Source: Nannocystales bacterium (lineage in GTDB: Bacteria; Myxococcota_A; Polyangia; Nannocystales; Nannocystaceae). Taken from it: a stretch of 64,000 nt of DNA. Made by a program: the position numbers and the translations under genes. Position 1 is the first letter of the stretch. The number at the start of each line of letters is the position of its first letter. The stretch is from the NCBI GenBank assembly GCA_050633305.1, contig JBOEGF010000010.1, positions 704,001 to 768,000 of the forward strand, written 5' to 3'. The notes under the pieces were generated by a model, which searched no databases, was not told the DNA's origin, and was given only the letters and a program-made list of their open reading frames with translations. Shown in pieces: positions 18,856 to 31,942 of this stretch.

Positions 18856-19068
18856 GCCGACCCTGTACGCGGCGAGTCGGCTCGCCCGGAGATCGAATGG
18901 GGTCTCCGGTTGCGACAAAGACGCTGCGCAGGTCGCAGATGCGCTCGACGAGAACGCCAAACGCACCCGTGCCTCCGCGCAGGCTCCTGTGGAGCGGGTC
19001 TTCATCGGTCACCATCAACACTGCGTGCCCCGACCGGAAAAAATCTGACAGCGGTCTCCAAACACCTG

Positions 19069-19107
19069 CGGGGCCGGGCGCCGCTGAAATCGCGGTCCCC
19101 GGCCCCG
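19069..19107 (-). terminator. GC-rich hairpin just downstream of gyrA
   Basis: CGGGGCCGGG / CCCGGCCCCG 10-bp inverted repeat; weak U tract. Confidence 0.4.
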
Positions 19108-19121
19108 TCGGCGCCTGGAGG

Positions 19122-21824
<2,703 letters not shown>

Positions 21825-22182
21825 GCAGATTCCGAACGCGCACTGTACCCGCTGCGCAGCTGGGATAGAACCCCGCCAGATGGCTCAGTTCTGCCGTTTT
21901 CGAGGGAATTCGGAGATCTTCCCGGGCCCCACCAGAACCAGGTGCGGACCGGTGCCACGCGCTCGCAGCGGACAAGCCATGTCGAGCGGTTCCTGGAGGC
22001 CCCATCCTGCCCCTTGGGGCCGGGGAGGGAGGGCGTGAAGTTTGTGGTTCCGCGCCGTCTGAAGCATGGCAGTCGCTCGGGTTGGAGCGCCGGATCCATC
22101 CCCGCCGCGGGCTGTTGATCTCTCGCACGCGCTGGGGGCTCGGTGAAATCTTCCGCCGGTCGCCGTGGGTTCACACGACGTG

Positions 22183-23190
22183 ATGGATTCTTCCAAGGCC
22201 CGTCCAGTCGTCTCCCCCGCGCGGTTCGATGCGCAGCGTGCAACCGAGTGCGCACGTCGAACCCTGGCGAGCCACGATGCGTTGATCGATCGAGCAAGCG
22301 AGCAAGCCCCGGTGCGCGGTCGCAGTCGTCTGCTGTGCGCGGCGCTCGGGGTTCTCGCGCAGGATGCTGGGCGTGCCCTGGGTGCGTCCTGGTCGGGACC
22401 GGCGGTCGCGGAGGCTGCGGCGCTGCTCTCCTTGCTGACGAAGGTCGACGACGAGGTGATCGACAACGCCGCATTTCACGGTGGACCTCTTCGCCGTGGC
22501 GGCCACCGAGCATTGCGCAAAAAGGTGCGCAGCTACCTGGCGCCAACTCTGGACTCGCTGAAGACCGGGCGGCCTGCGTGTTCTGTGCCGCGCTGCGAAC
22601 TCGCGGCAGAGGTGGGCCGGATGCTCTCTTCGCTGGCCGCGACCACGGACAGGCTCGACCGTTTGCACGGTGTCATCGAGGCTGGCTGGGAGACGCAGGT
22701 CCGTGCGGTCGACATGCTCAGCCGGCACCCCGCGGAGAGCTCCATGTCGGAGGTTGCCCATGTGACGGCGGCGATCAGCGGGGACTGGCTGTTGATGATC
22801 ACCATGGTCGGTGGCTTGCCCGAGGACGTGCGGCGAGAAATCTCGGACACTGAGGTGGCGGCGTTCACGGCCTGGGGTTGGCACATCCAGCGGGCGGACG
22901 CGTTGGCGGACTTCGTCAAAGATACGGGCGAGGGGTTGGCCAACAGCTGGGCTGGGCGGTTGTGTTTCGAGCGGTGGGGATCAGCCTACGTGCGGGCGCT
23001 CGCAGCCAAGGAACTCCCGATCCTCGAGTCGATGTTGGATGGGTGTGCACCCGCGTGCCTGGCCCAGCCCCACGCGTTGCGGGGGGCCGAACGTAGCCTC
23101 GCGACGCTGGGGCAGGTCCCCGCCGCGCTGGCATGGATCCAGGCGATGCTTGTTGGACGCTGGCGGGCTCGTCGTGAGGAGGCCTGCTGA
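22183..23190 (+). CDS. Class I isoprenoid-synthase-like hypothetical protein
   Basis: Helical; KVDDEVID and IQRADALADFVKDTGEG resemble first and second Asp-rich motifs. Confidence 0.6.
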   Translation: MDSSKARPVVSPARFDAQRATECARRTLASHDALIDRASEQAPVRGRSRLLCAALGVLAQDAGRALGASWSGPAVAEAAALLSLLTKVDDEVIDNAAFHGGPLRRGGHRALRKKVRSYLAPTLDSLKTGRPACSVPRCELAAEVGRMLSSLAATTDRLDRLHGVIEAGWETQVRAVDMLSRHPAESSMSEVAHVTAAISGDWLLMITMVGGLPEDVRREISDTEVAAFTAWGWHIQRADALADFVKDTGEGLANSWAGRLCFERWGSAYVRALAAKELPILESMLDGCAPACLAQPHALRGAERSLATLGQVPAALAWIQAMLVGRWRARREEAC

Positions 23191-24626
23191 TGTTCGGGAC
23201 TCTTCGCCCTCCTCGGTGTGGGGCCTTGCCCGTCGTCCAGGACTCGTATCGTCGGTTCTACTGCGGCACGTGCCAGGGCCTGGGCGCCCATTTTGGGTTG
23301 GCACGCCGGGCGTTGCTGAGCCATGACGCGGTGTTCATGGCCATCGTCGCCGATGCGGTTCAGGCCCGCCCTGCGGCTCCGAGTCGTTGCCGATGCCCGA
23401 TGATGCCGACCGCATTTCGCGCCACGTTGGCGCCGGAGAGCACTGCGATGCGGTACGCAGCGGCGATTCAGATGCTGCTCGCGGATCAGTGGCTCGCCGA
23501 CCGCGCTGCTGATGGTCAGTGGGCGGCGCGCGTGGTTCGTCCGTGGTTCAGCGACGCACCGGCACGACGCGCGGAGGCACAGCTGGCGGACCTTGGGGTG
23601 AGCCTGCCGGCGCTACGCGGTTTTGAGGGGCGACAGGTTGCGGTCGAGCGAGACGGGGGGGTTCCGCTTCCGGAAATCGCAGCGGCACCGACGGCCGCGG
23701 TCCTCGCAATGGCATTCGAGGCGGCGGCGCTGCTCCCCGGAGCGGCGCCGGCGTTCTCCCTCTCGCTGGCTCGGTCCCAGCTGGCGGAGTTCGGAGCCTC
23801 GATCGGTGCGGCCATCTACCTGCTCGACGCGCTGGAGGACCTGGAGGAGGACGCGAGAACCTGCGACTTCAACCCGTGCCTGGACCCGTACGGAGACCCT
23901 TGCTCCGACCGCACCTCGCAAGCCATCGTTGCACTGCGAGCTGCCCTGGGCGCTGCTGCTGACGGTTGTGCGCAACTGCCATGGACCCGTCACAAGGCGG
24001 TGCTCTCGGCGGTGCTCCGGCGCTTCATCGAGCGATGCAACGAGGCGGAGACATCCGCAACGCGCGTTCTGGAATCCCGCCGGGAAACACTCGCACCCAG
24101 ACGCGTGCGAACCCCAAGCCAACGGGTTTGGGCCCGAGCCGTGTCCGCGGCCACGATGACCTGGGCGTGGGGGGTGTCCTGGGTGGTCTATGCCGCTCCG
24201 CTCCGTGAGGACGTTCCGGGTCCAGACGTCGGCTCCGATGATGTCGACGACTGGACTTCGGATCTCTCACCCGACGTCGGCGACGGCACGGGCACCACCG
24301 GAGAACCCGCGGTCGGAGAACCGGGTGGGGGCTGCAGCGCTTGCGACGGCTGTGGAACCCAATGCGAGAAGGGGTGCGGTGAGTGCTTCAGCGGATGTGG
24401 GTCTGTAGAGTGCGCCCGCTGCTGCTCGGACTGCGTGGCGTGTCCGGGCGAATGCGGCCGCGGATCCGAAGACTGCTGCAGCGGCTGCGCTCAGGGGTGC
24501 GACGACTGCGGCGAGTGCACCCAGGCCTGGAACGGATGCGGCGACGCTTGCAACGGATGCGGGCAGTGTGGTCAAGGGTGCAATGGGTGCGGACAGGGAT
24601 GCAATGGATGCGGACAAGGGTGCTGA
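23190..24626 (+). CDS. DUF5685-like protein with hydrophobic segment and Cys-rich tail
   Basis: MFG.LRP..Y..FYCGTC..L...G...R.LLSHD, CRCP, IYLLDALEDLEED....FNP; TGATG coupling to upstream gene. Confidence 0.8.
   Translation: MFGTLRPPRCGALPVVQDSYRRFYCGTCQGLGAHFGLARRALLSHDAVFMAIVADAVQARPAAPSRCRCPMMPTAFRATLAPESTAMRYAAAIQMLLADQWLADRAADGQWAARVVRPWFSDAPARRAEAQLADLGVSLPALRGFEGRQVAVERDGGVPLPEIAAAPTAAVLAMAFEAAALLPGAAPAFSLSLARSQLAEFGASIGAAIYLLDALEDLEEDARTCDFNPCLDPYGDPCSDRTSQAIVALRAALGAAADGCAQLPWTRHKAVLSAVLRRFIERCNEAETSATRVLESRRETLAPRRVRTPSQRVWARAVSAATMTWAWGVSWVVYAAPLREDVPGPDVGSDDVDDWTSDLSPDVGDGTGTTGEPAVGEPGGGCSACDGCGTQCEKGCGECFSGCGSVECARCCSDCVACPGECGRGSEDCCSGCAQGCDDCGECTQAWNGCGDACNGCGQCGQGCNGCGQGCNGCGQGC
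24531..24623 (+). repeat. Coding 21-nt repeat (CNGCGQG)n
   Basis: NGCGDACNGCGQCGQGCNGCGQGCNGCGQGC with synonymous variation between units. Confidence 0.8.
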
Positions 24627-24866
24627 GGTGGTGTCTGTTGCCGACCCCTCAGCCTCGCGCCTCCTTGCTGGGGTCTCGGAGGATGAGGACAGCGGGCGCG
24701 GAGGGGCCACAGTCGCCGCACACCCGGTTCTTGTGGAGACACGCGTAGGCAGTACCGACGTCTCATGCGTGTTGGCTGTCCTGCATGGCGATCCCGGAGG
24801 GCGCGCAGGCGAAGCTTTGGAGCCGCTGCGCCCGAGTGCATCAAGAGTTGGAGCCTCATGGCGTCC

Positions 24867-25724
24867 TTAGGACTCGCTGCACTCGTGGCACAGCACATCG
24901 CGGACCTGGTGTAGGTGCTCCGGATCCGAATCCACCAAGTGCTCGAGGAGTCGGTCGAATCGGAGCACGCCTCCGCAGGTGGCCGACTCGTCAGGGCGGT
25001 ACAAGGGCAAGGGACGCTCGACCCCTTTGAGGGCGTAGCGATCGAGAAACGTCAGGCACAGCTCGCGGTTGATCTCGTTCATCCGCTTCTGCAGGGCCAC
25101 TCGGTCGGTGTCGTTCGTCGCGGTGCGCTCTTGGGCTCGCAGACTCTCGAAGGTTTGCCCGTGGAAGGCTTCGGCGCAGAGTTCGACCGTGGAGTCTCCC
25201 ACGAGCACGCGCGCGCTCGCGATCAGCTTTGTAAGCGCCTCGATCCGGGCCGCGATGTTAACGCAATGCCCGATGACAGTGTCGACACCCGCGACGGATG
25301 AGCCGGCCCGGATACGGGAGACCTCGCCGGACTCCACGCCGACGCCGAACGACACCGTCGGAAGCTGCGGGTTGGCTTGGTTGTGGCGTTCGCATGTTTC
25401 GATGAGCCCCGCTTCGAGCAGGAACGCTGCGAGCAGTCCCTGCGCGAAGTGCCGTGGGCCCATGAACACGACCAGGAGCCCGTCGCCCGTGCTGCTGACT
25501 GAAATCTGCGGGTCCGCACGCTCTGCTGGCGCCATGGCGAGCATGCAGTGGTCCAGGGTTGCGGCATAGAAGTCGGCGAGCGTGTAGCAGAATCGGTTGG
25601 TCCCGCGTTCATCCACCTCGGCCGCGTTCAAACTGGGGGTGAAGTTGCGCAGGTCGACGATGACACCGGTGGCCGGGACCGGAGGATCGACTTGGGAGCC
25701 AGGGTCGGTTGCGGCGGTCGTCAC
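24867..25724 (-). CDS. Stand-alone class III nucleotide cyclase
   Basis: VIVDLRNFT, TGDGLLVVF, FGVGVESG, TVIGHCVNIAARIE, LKG. Confidence 0.88.
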   Translation of the reverse strand: MTTAATDPGSQVDPPVPATGVIVDLRNFTPSLNAAEVDERGTNRFCYTLADFYAATLDHCMLAMAPAERADPQISVSSTGDGLLVVFMGPRHFAQGLLAAFLLEAGLIETCERHNQANPQLPTVSFGVGVESGEVSRIRAGSSVAGVDTVIGHCVNIAARIEALTKLIASARVLVGDSTVELCAEAFHGQTFESLRAQERTATNDTDRVALQKRMNEINRELCLTFLDRYALKGVERPLPLYRPDESATCGGVLRFDRLLEHLVDSDPEHLHQVRDVLCHECSES

Positions 25725-25892
25725 ACCGCATCATACCCGCCAGCTGCGAAGGACAGGGAACGTCACAAGGGCCGTTTCGAGCGTCCGCATGCGGACGGCT
25801 CGGAACGACCCCTGGAGTCCGCCTTCGGCCTCCCGCCTTGCCAGACGCGCCCAGCGACGCACTCTGCAGGCCGTTTCAAACCGATCGCCGCT

Positions 25893-27746
25893 TTAGCAGG
25901 CCAAGCCTTCGTCGCGGCGTGCGGCCCGACGGTAGGCGTACGCGCCCACGATGAGGATGCCGCCGACCGCGATGAAGCTGAAGCCTCGCACCGGGAGTGC
26001 GGCGTTCGCCGTGTCGAGGAGCGCCAGTTTGGTCGCAGCCACGCCGATCGCCGTGAGTCCGGCGTGACGCCACAGCTTGTGCTCGAGTCTCAGGCCCGCG
26101 ACGACGAGGCCCAACCCAACCGCGGCCAGGACCACCGTCATCACCACCGCGCTGTGACCCACAACGGCCGCACCGAGTCCGCGGAACATCAGCAGTCCCG
26201 CATAGGCGGCCACGACCAGCCCCGTGCCCTCGTACGCGTCTGTTCTCCCGTGGGCCGCGCGGGCCCGGAGCAGCAGGACGGTGCCCGCGGCCGTGAGTGC
26301 GAGGATCCCGACGGTCTCGGGACCGACCGCCGCGTGGGTCCCAAACATCAGGATGCTCGCGCCGAGGGTCACCAACAGGGCCTTCGCCGCCACAGGAAAG
26401 CCGGTCGCCGGCGCCTGAGCTCCACGGGCCAGGATCAGTGCGAACGGGAGCAGGCCGAGCATGTAGCGGCTGTGCATCGCGTCCGGGCCGGCCACATAGA
26501 CGATGGCTGCGTGCAGCAGGACGCCGACCCACATGAGCGACGAACGAGGCGCCGCGCGTGGGGCGGGCCACAGGCCGAGGCTCACAAGCATCAAGGCGGT
26601 CACCATGCCCGCGCCCAGTGTCCACGGCAGTGTCGCAAACACCATCGAGTAGCCCCCGGCACACATCGCGGGCAACAGGGCCCACAACAGAAAGCGCTGG
26701 CGTCCCGACCACACCAGGCCGATGGCGATCACCATCATGGTCCACCAACCGAGCATGGCGGCCATGCCTCCGAGCATCAGCCCTCCGGCACACGCCATCA
26801 CCCAACCCAGGCCCAAGGTCGCCCGATGCAGGGCCTCGTTGCGTCGCGCCATGAAGACGCCGAACGCCAGGTGCCAGGCGGCGAGCAGCAGGGTCGCCAT
26901 TCGCAGGGACGGAAGGTGTCCGCCAAATGCCCAACCCGCCGCCGACCAGGCGGTCAGCCCTCCGGCGAGAACCCGTGCGACCGCCAACCCTGTGTCGCGG
27001 GTGTTGCTCGCCTGCAACGCCACGCGCCAGGTCGAGGCCGCGCCTGCGAGGACCAGCAGTCCCACGCTGAGCATGAACTCCAGCGAAGAGGACGCGTCGA
27101 GATGACGTGCGCCCCAACCCATGAGCAGAGCCCATGTCCCCAGCAGACCCAGCGTGGGGAGCTCGGGCCAGCCGCGGCGCACATCGAGGACGGCGAATGC
27201 TGCGAGCACGCCGGTTTGGTAGATCATCAGCTCGCCCAGCTGCCCGTCGCCCGCCTGTGTGAGCACGGGGGTTGCACAAGCCGCGAGCCCCGCGAGGCCG
27301 GCCATCCATCGCAGTCGCAAGTGGTCGGCGAGGAGCAGACATGCGAGTACTCCGACAACGAGGGCGGCGAAAGCAACTCCGGCCGGGGCAAGGCTGTACA
27401 CATGCCGTGCGACGAGCCAGGTCGAAAACCAGGCTCCCAGACCTGCGCCGCCGAGGGCACCTGCAACCTCCGGTTGACCGCGCTTGGCCAACGGCCATGC
27501 GGCGGCCGTCAACAAGACCGAGGCCGCGCCGCCCATCAGCAGCTTGTGGCTCGTGTCGATCCAGCCCTGCTCCAACACGTGCCATGCGAAGAAGACCAGT
27601 CCCAACAGCAGCGCGACACCACCGGCGATCGCCAGCGGCCACACGGGCGACTCTCGCGGCGGAATCGGGTCGGGAAGCTCGTCATTGTTGGGACCCAAGT
27701 CGGGCGGGGGCGTCGGGGGATTCGCGTCAGACCAATCTTCGACCAT
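25893..27746 (-). CDS. DUF2339-like polytopic membrane protein
   Basis: GGVALLLGLVFF....EQGWI, ALGGAG, C-terminal KL.LLD......R..SFI.VG.ILI. Confidence 0.8.
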   Translation of the reverse strand: MVEDWSDANPPTPPPDLGPNNDELPDPIPPRESPVWPLAIAGGVALLLGLVFFAWHVLEQGWIDTSHKLLMGGAASVLLTAAAWPLAKRGQPEVAGALGGAGLGAWFSTWLVARHVYSLAPAGVAFAALVVGVLACLLLADHLRLRWMAGLAGLAACATPVLTQAGDGQLGELMIYQTGVLAAFAVLDVRRGWPELPTLGLLGTWALLMGWGARHLDASSSLEFMLSVGLLVLAGAASTWRVALQASNTRDTGLAVARVLAGGLTAWSAAGWAFGGHLPSLRMATLLLAAWHLAFGVFMARRNEALHRATLGLGWVMACAGGLMLGGMAAMLGWWTMMVIAIGLVWSGRQRFLLWALLPAMCAGGYSMVFATLPWTLGAGMVTALMLVSLGLWPAPRAAPRSSLMWVGVLLHAAIVYVAGPDAMHSRYMLGLLPFALILARGAQAPATGFPVAAKALLVTLGASILMFGTHAAVGPETVGILALTAAGTVLLLRARAAHGRTDAYEGTGLVVAAYAGLLMFRGLGAAVVGHSAVVMTVVLAAVGLGLVVAGLRLEHKLWRHAGLTAIGVAATKLALLDTANAALPVRGFSFIAVGGILIVGAYAYRRAARRDEGLAC

Positions 27747-27933
27747 GCCCGCTCAACGCGGTGAGCCCTGGCCCTCTTTCCTGCGCAGCCCTGTGCACAC
27801 GGGTGAACCCGCCTGCCCACGGCCGTGAACGACGATTGGACCCCCCGGTTGCATGGGGTCGGCGGCCTGCTTGTCCCCGATCACAGGGACTCGCTGCGCA
27901 GCGGATTGCACTGCGCCCACGTGTGCGCTGACC

Positions 27934-28722
27934 CTACTCCGGCTTTCGATACACGTGGAAGAAGTTCTCCTCCAACAGATCGGGCGCTCGTTCGAACACG
28001 AATCCGGCGGCCTCAAACTCGGCCCGGAACTCCGCTGGGCTGGCTCGGACGTGCTCGAGCACCCACTTCTTGGACTTGCCCTCTTCGGCGATGAAGTCGA
28101 TGACGGCGAGTCGACCCCCGGGCTTGAGGGCCGCGTAGAGGCTGGCGAGATACGTCCGTGGGTACTCGACGTGGTGGAAGACGTCGCACATGAAGATGAT
28201 GTCGACCGTGCCGTCGTCGAGGTTCGCGGAGCGTTGCTCGGCCTTGACGAACGCGATGTTGCTCAGGCCGGCCTTTTTCGCTTTGTCCCGGACGTGGTCG
28301 AGGAAGTAGTCTTGCACGTCGACGGCGAACACGGTGCCGCTGCGCGTGACGGCCTTGGCGAAGGCGAGCGTGTACAGGCCACTGCCCACACCCACGTCGG
28401 CCGCGGACATGCCAGGCTCGATGCGCAGCGCTTCGAGGACGGCGGCCTGGCGGTCGTGAACCTCGCGGCCTTTCCGTTCGAACCGCTTCTCCCAACCTGC
28501 GGCGTCCCCACCCTCGTACTTCTTGTTGATCCGGACCGCGACGGGGTTGGGGGTCTCCGGTTCGGGGACTGGCTCCAGCTGAGAAGGCGCAGGGGCAGGC
28601 TCAGGGTCAGGCTGGGTCTGTGCTGCAGCCACGGCCGGCGCTTGCGGGGCGGGGGGCTCAGAGTCGGGCGTCGGTGCCGACGTGCACCCGGAGAGGGCGA
28701 GGAGGATTGCGGCCGCTCTCAT
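27934..28722 (-). CDS. Lipoprotein class I SAM-dependent methyltransferase
   Basis: MRAAAILLALSGC lipobox, Pro-rich linker, ADVGVGSG, VFAVDV, DVFHH, LKPGGRL. Confidence 0.85.
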   Translation of the reverse strand: MRAAAILLALSGCTSAPTPDSEPPAPQAPAVAAAQTQPDPEPAPAPSQLEPVPEPETPNPVAVRINKKYEGGDAAGWEKRFERKGREVHDRQAAVLEALRIEPGMSAADVGVGSGLYTLAFAKAVTRSGTVFAVDVQDYFLDHVRDKAKKAGLSNIAFVKAEQRSANLDDGTVDIIFMCDVFHHVEYPRTYLASLYAALKPGGRLAVIDFIAEEGKSKKWVLEHVRASPAEFRAEFEAAGFVFERAPDLLEENFFHVYRKPE

Positions 28723-28903
28723 CCCCTCGATGATAGGGGGGGTTACAGATCGGGTCATCGCCCCCTTCCCAATCTGGGGAGGTTCGGGGGCTGCTGCGAG
28801 CCGGGCGCATTCGCGCATGCCGCTAGTCGATTGATATCCGTCGTGAAATTCCGGTTTCCCCTCGTGCTCCACGGTCGGTACGAACCTTGGAATATGGGCG
28901 GGT

Positions 28904-29113
28904 GTGCGACGGGCAAAACAGGCTGCGATGCTGCTGACGATGGCCACTGCGATGGGCTGGTCGGCGCCGTCCGCTGATGCCCGTGCGTCCGATGGCGACA
29001 AGCTCGAGGTGGTCGAAACCGCGCCGGTCGCGATCCCGACCCTGGCGGCGCTGGGGTCCGAGGGCACCCGCGTTGCGGACAGTGAGTGGCGCTACCTCCC
29101 GTCTCGTCGTTGA
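28904..29113 (+). CDS. Small secreted hypothetical protein (69 aa)
   Basis: Signal-like N-terminus ending ADA; GC-biased third positions. Confidence 0.4.
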   Translation: MRRAKQAAMLLTMATAMGWSAPSADARASDGDKLEVVETAPVAIPTLAALGSEGTRVADSEWRYLPSRR

Positions 29114-29235
29114 AAAACTGCCATCCGCTGGGCTGACTTCAACCTCACGACGACGCATCCCACGGAGGGTTGTCGGCCGATCTCGGTGTCGGTACTTCGA
29201 CCTCGCGAAGGTTCCTCCTTCTTCGCACCAGGTCG

Positions 29236-30225
29236 ATGAAACACCTCAAGCTTCTCCTCTGCCTGCCCGTACTGCTGGCCGTCTCCGCCTGCGACGAGGC
29301 TCCTGTCGACGAAAACCGCCTGGCTGCCGCCGCCAGCAATGGGGACCGCGCAGCGGGCTCGTGTTCTCCAGAGGCGTGTGGGGAGTATATCCCCTCGAAC
29401 AGCTGCCAGTGCGATGCGGCCTGTGTGGACTACGGCGACTGCTGCCACGATGTCGACGCCGTGTGCAACGACGTGCCCGTGGATGAGTGCGGGAGCAATG
29501 ACGACTGCCCGGAGTTCTGCGGATGGAATGACGACAACCTTCGGGTGTGCAAGCCGTGGGCGCAGGTCGGTGAGAGCTGCGAAGGGTTCGTGTTGCCAGC
29601 GTTCCGCGCTTCGTGTGCGCCTGGCTTGGAGTGCGAGTTCTCGGAGCCCACGTTCGACATCCCGGGGGTCTGCGTCGATCCCGACGAGGAGCCGGTCTTC
29701 TGCGGTGGCATCGCTGCGATTCAGTGTCCCGCTGGACAGCACTGCCAACTCGAGGGCAGCTTCCCCGATGCGGGCGGATCATGTCAGCCCGGTTCCGCGC
29801 AGGGCGGCATCTGTGGAGGCATCGCGGGCTTCAGCTGCCTTGCGGGTCTGGAGTGCGTCATCGACAACCCCTTCCCCGATGCCGATGGCGTGTGCATGGA
29901 GCCGTGTGTTCCCGCAGGATGCAGCGGTCAGGTCTGCGCCCTGGAGAGTGAAGCGCCCGGCGTGATCACCACGTGCGAAGTGCTGCCCGAGTACATCTGC
30001 TTTGGCGAGACCACTTGCGGACACCACGGCGCGGACGGTGCGTGTGGGTGGGAGCAGAACGACGCCTACCTCGAGTGCCTGGCCGACTTCGAGGAACCGG
30101 TCGAGCCGGCCCCAGACTCCTGCGAGGGACACTGTGGGGATCAGGCCGAAGCGGGCTGCTACTGCGACTCGGTCTGTGCGTACTGGGGTGACTGCTGCGA
30201 CGACAAAGTCGCCATCTGCGGATAG
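29236..30225 (+). CDS. Cys-rich lipoprotein with two somatomedin-B-like modules and an eight-cysteine-cluster-like module
   Basis: Lipobox AVSAC; CQCDAACVDYGDCC and CYCDSVCAYWGDCC; 2x CGGIA; GCSGQVC..TTCE..C..CGW. Confidence 0.85.
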   Translation: MKHLKLLLCLPVLLAVSACDEAPVDENRLAAAASNGDRAAGSCSPEACGEYIPSNSCQCDAACVDYGDCCHDVDAVCNDVPVDECGSNDDCPEFCGWNDDNLRVCKPWAQVGESCEGFVLPAFRASCAPGLECEFSEPTFDIPGVCVDPDEEPVFCGGIAAIQCPAGQHCQLEGSFPDAGGSCQPGSAQGGICGGIAGFSCLAGLECVIDNPFPDADGVCMEPCVPAGCSGQVCALESEAPGVITTCEVLPEYICFGETTCGHHGADGACGWEQNDAYLECLADFEEPVEPAPDSCEGHCGDQAEAGCYCDSVCAYWGDCCDDKVAICG

Positions 30226-30241
30226 AGCGTGAGCGCGACTG

Positions 30242-31861
<1,620 letters not shown>

Positions 31862-31942
31862 TGCGGGACCTGGCGCGCGCAAATGAGCTGCACGGGTCGG
31901 TTTTGGGGGGCTACTGAGGAGTTCGACAACCAACAGTGACCA

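Noticed and set aside
22183..24626. Complete RiPP cluster around the Cys-rich tail
   Set aside because: No radical SAM, YcaO, LanM, peptidase or transporter nearby; kept only as a hypothesis
24867..27746. Pycsar/CBASS-like defence operon (cyclase + membrane effector)
   Set aside because: Neighbour is a DUF2339-like protein 168 bp away, the cyclase has its own -10, and no cNMP-binding, TIR or 2TM effector is seen; only the specificity oddity is retained
25548..27764. 738-aa plus ORF and 588-aa alternate minus-frame ORF
   Set aside because: Shadows of the DUF2339-like gene; Arg/Gly/His-rich composition without motifs
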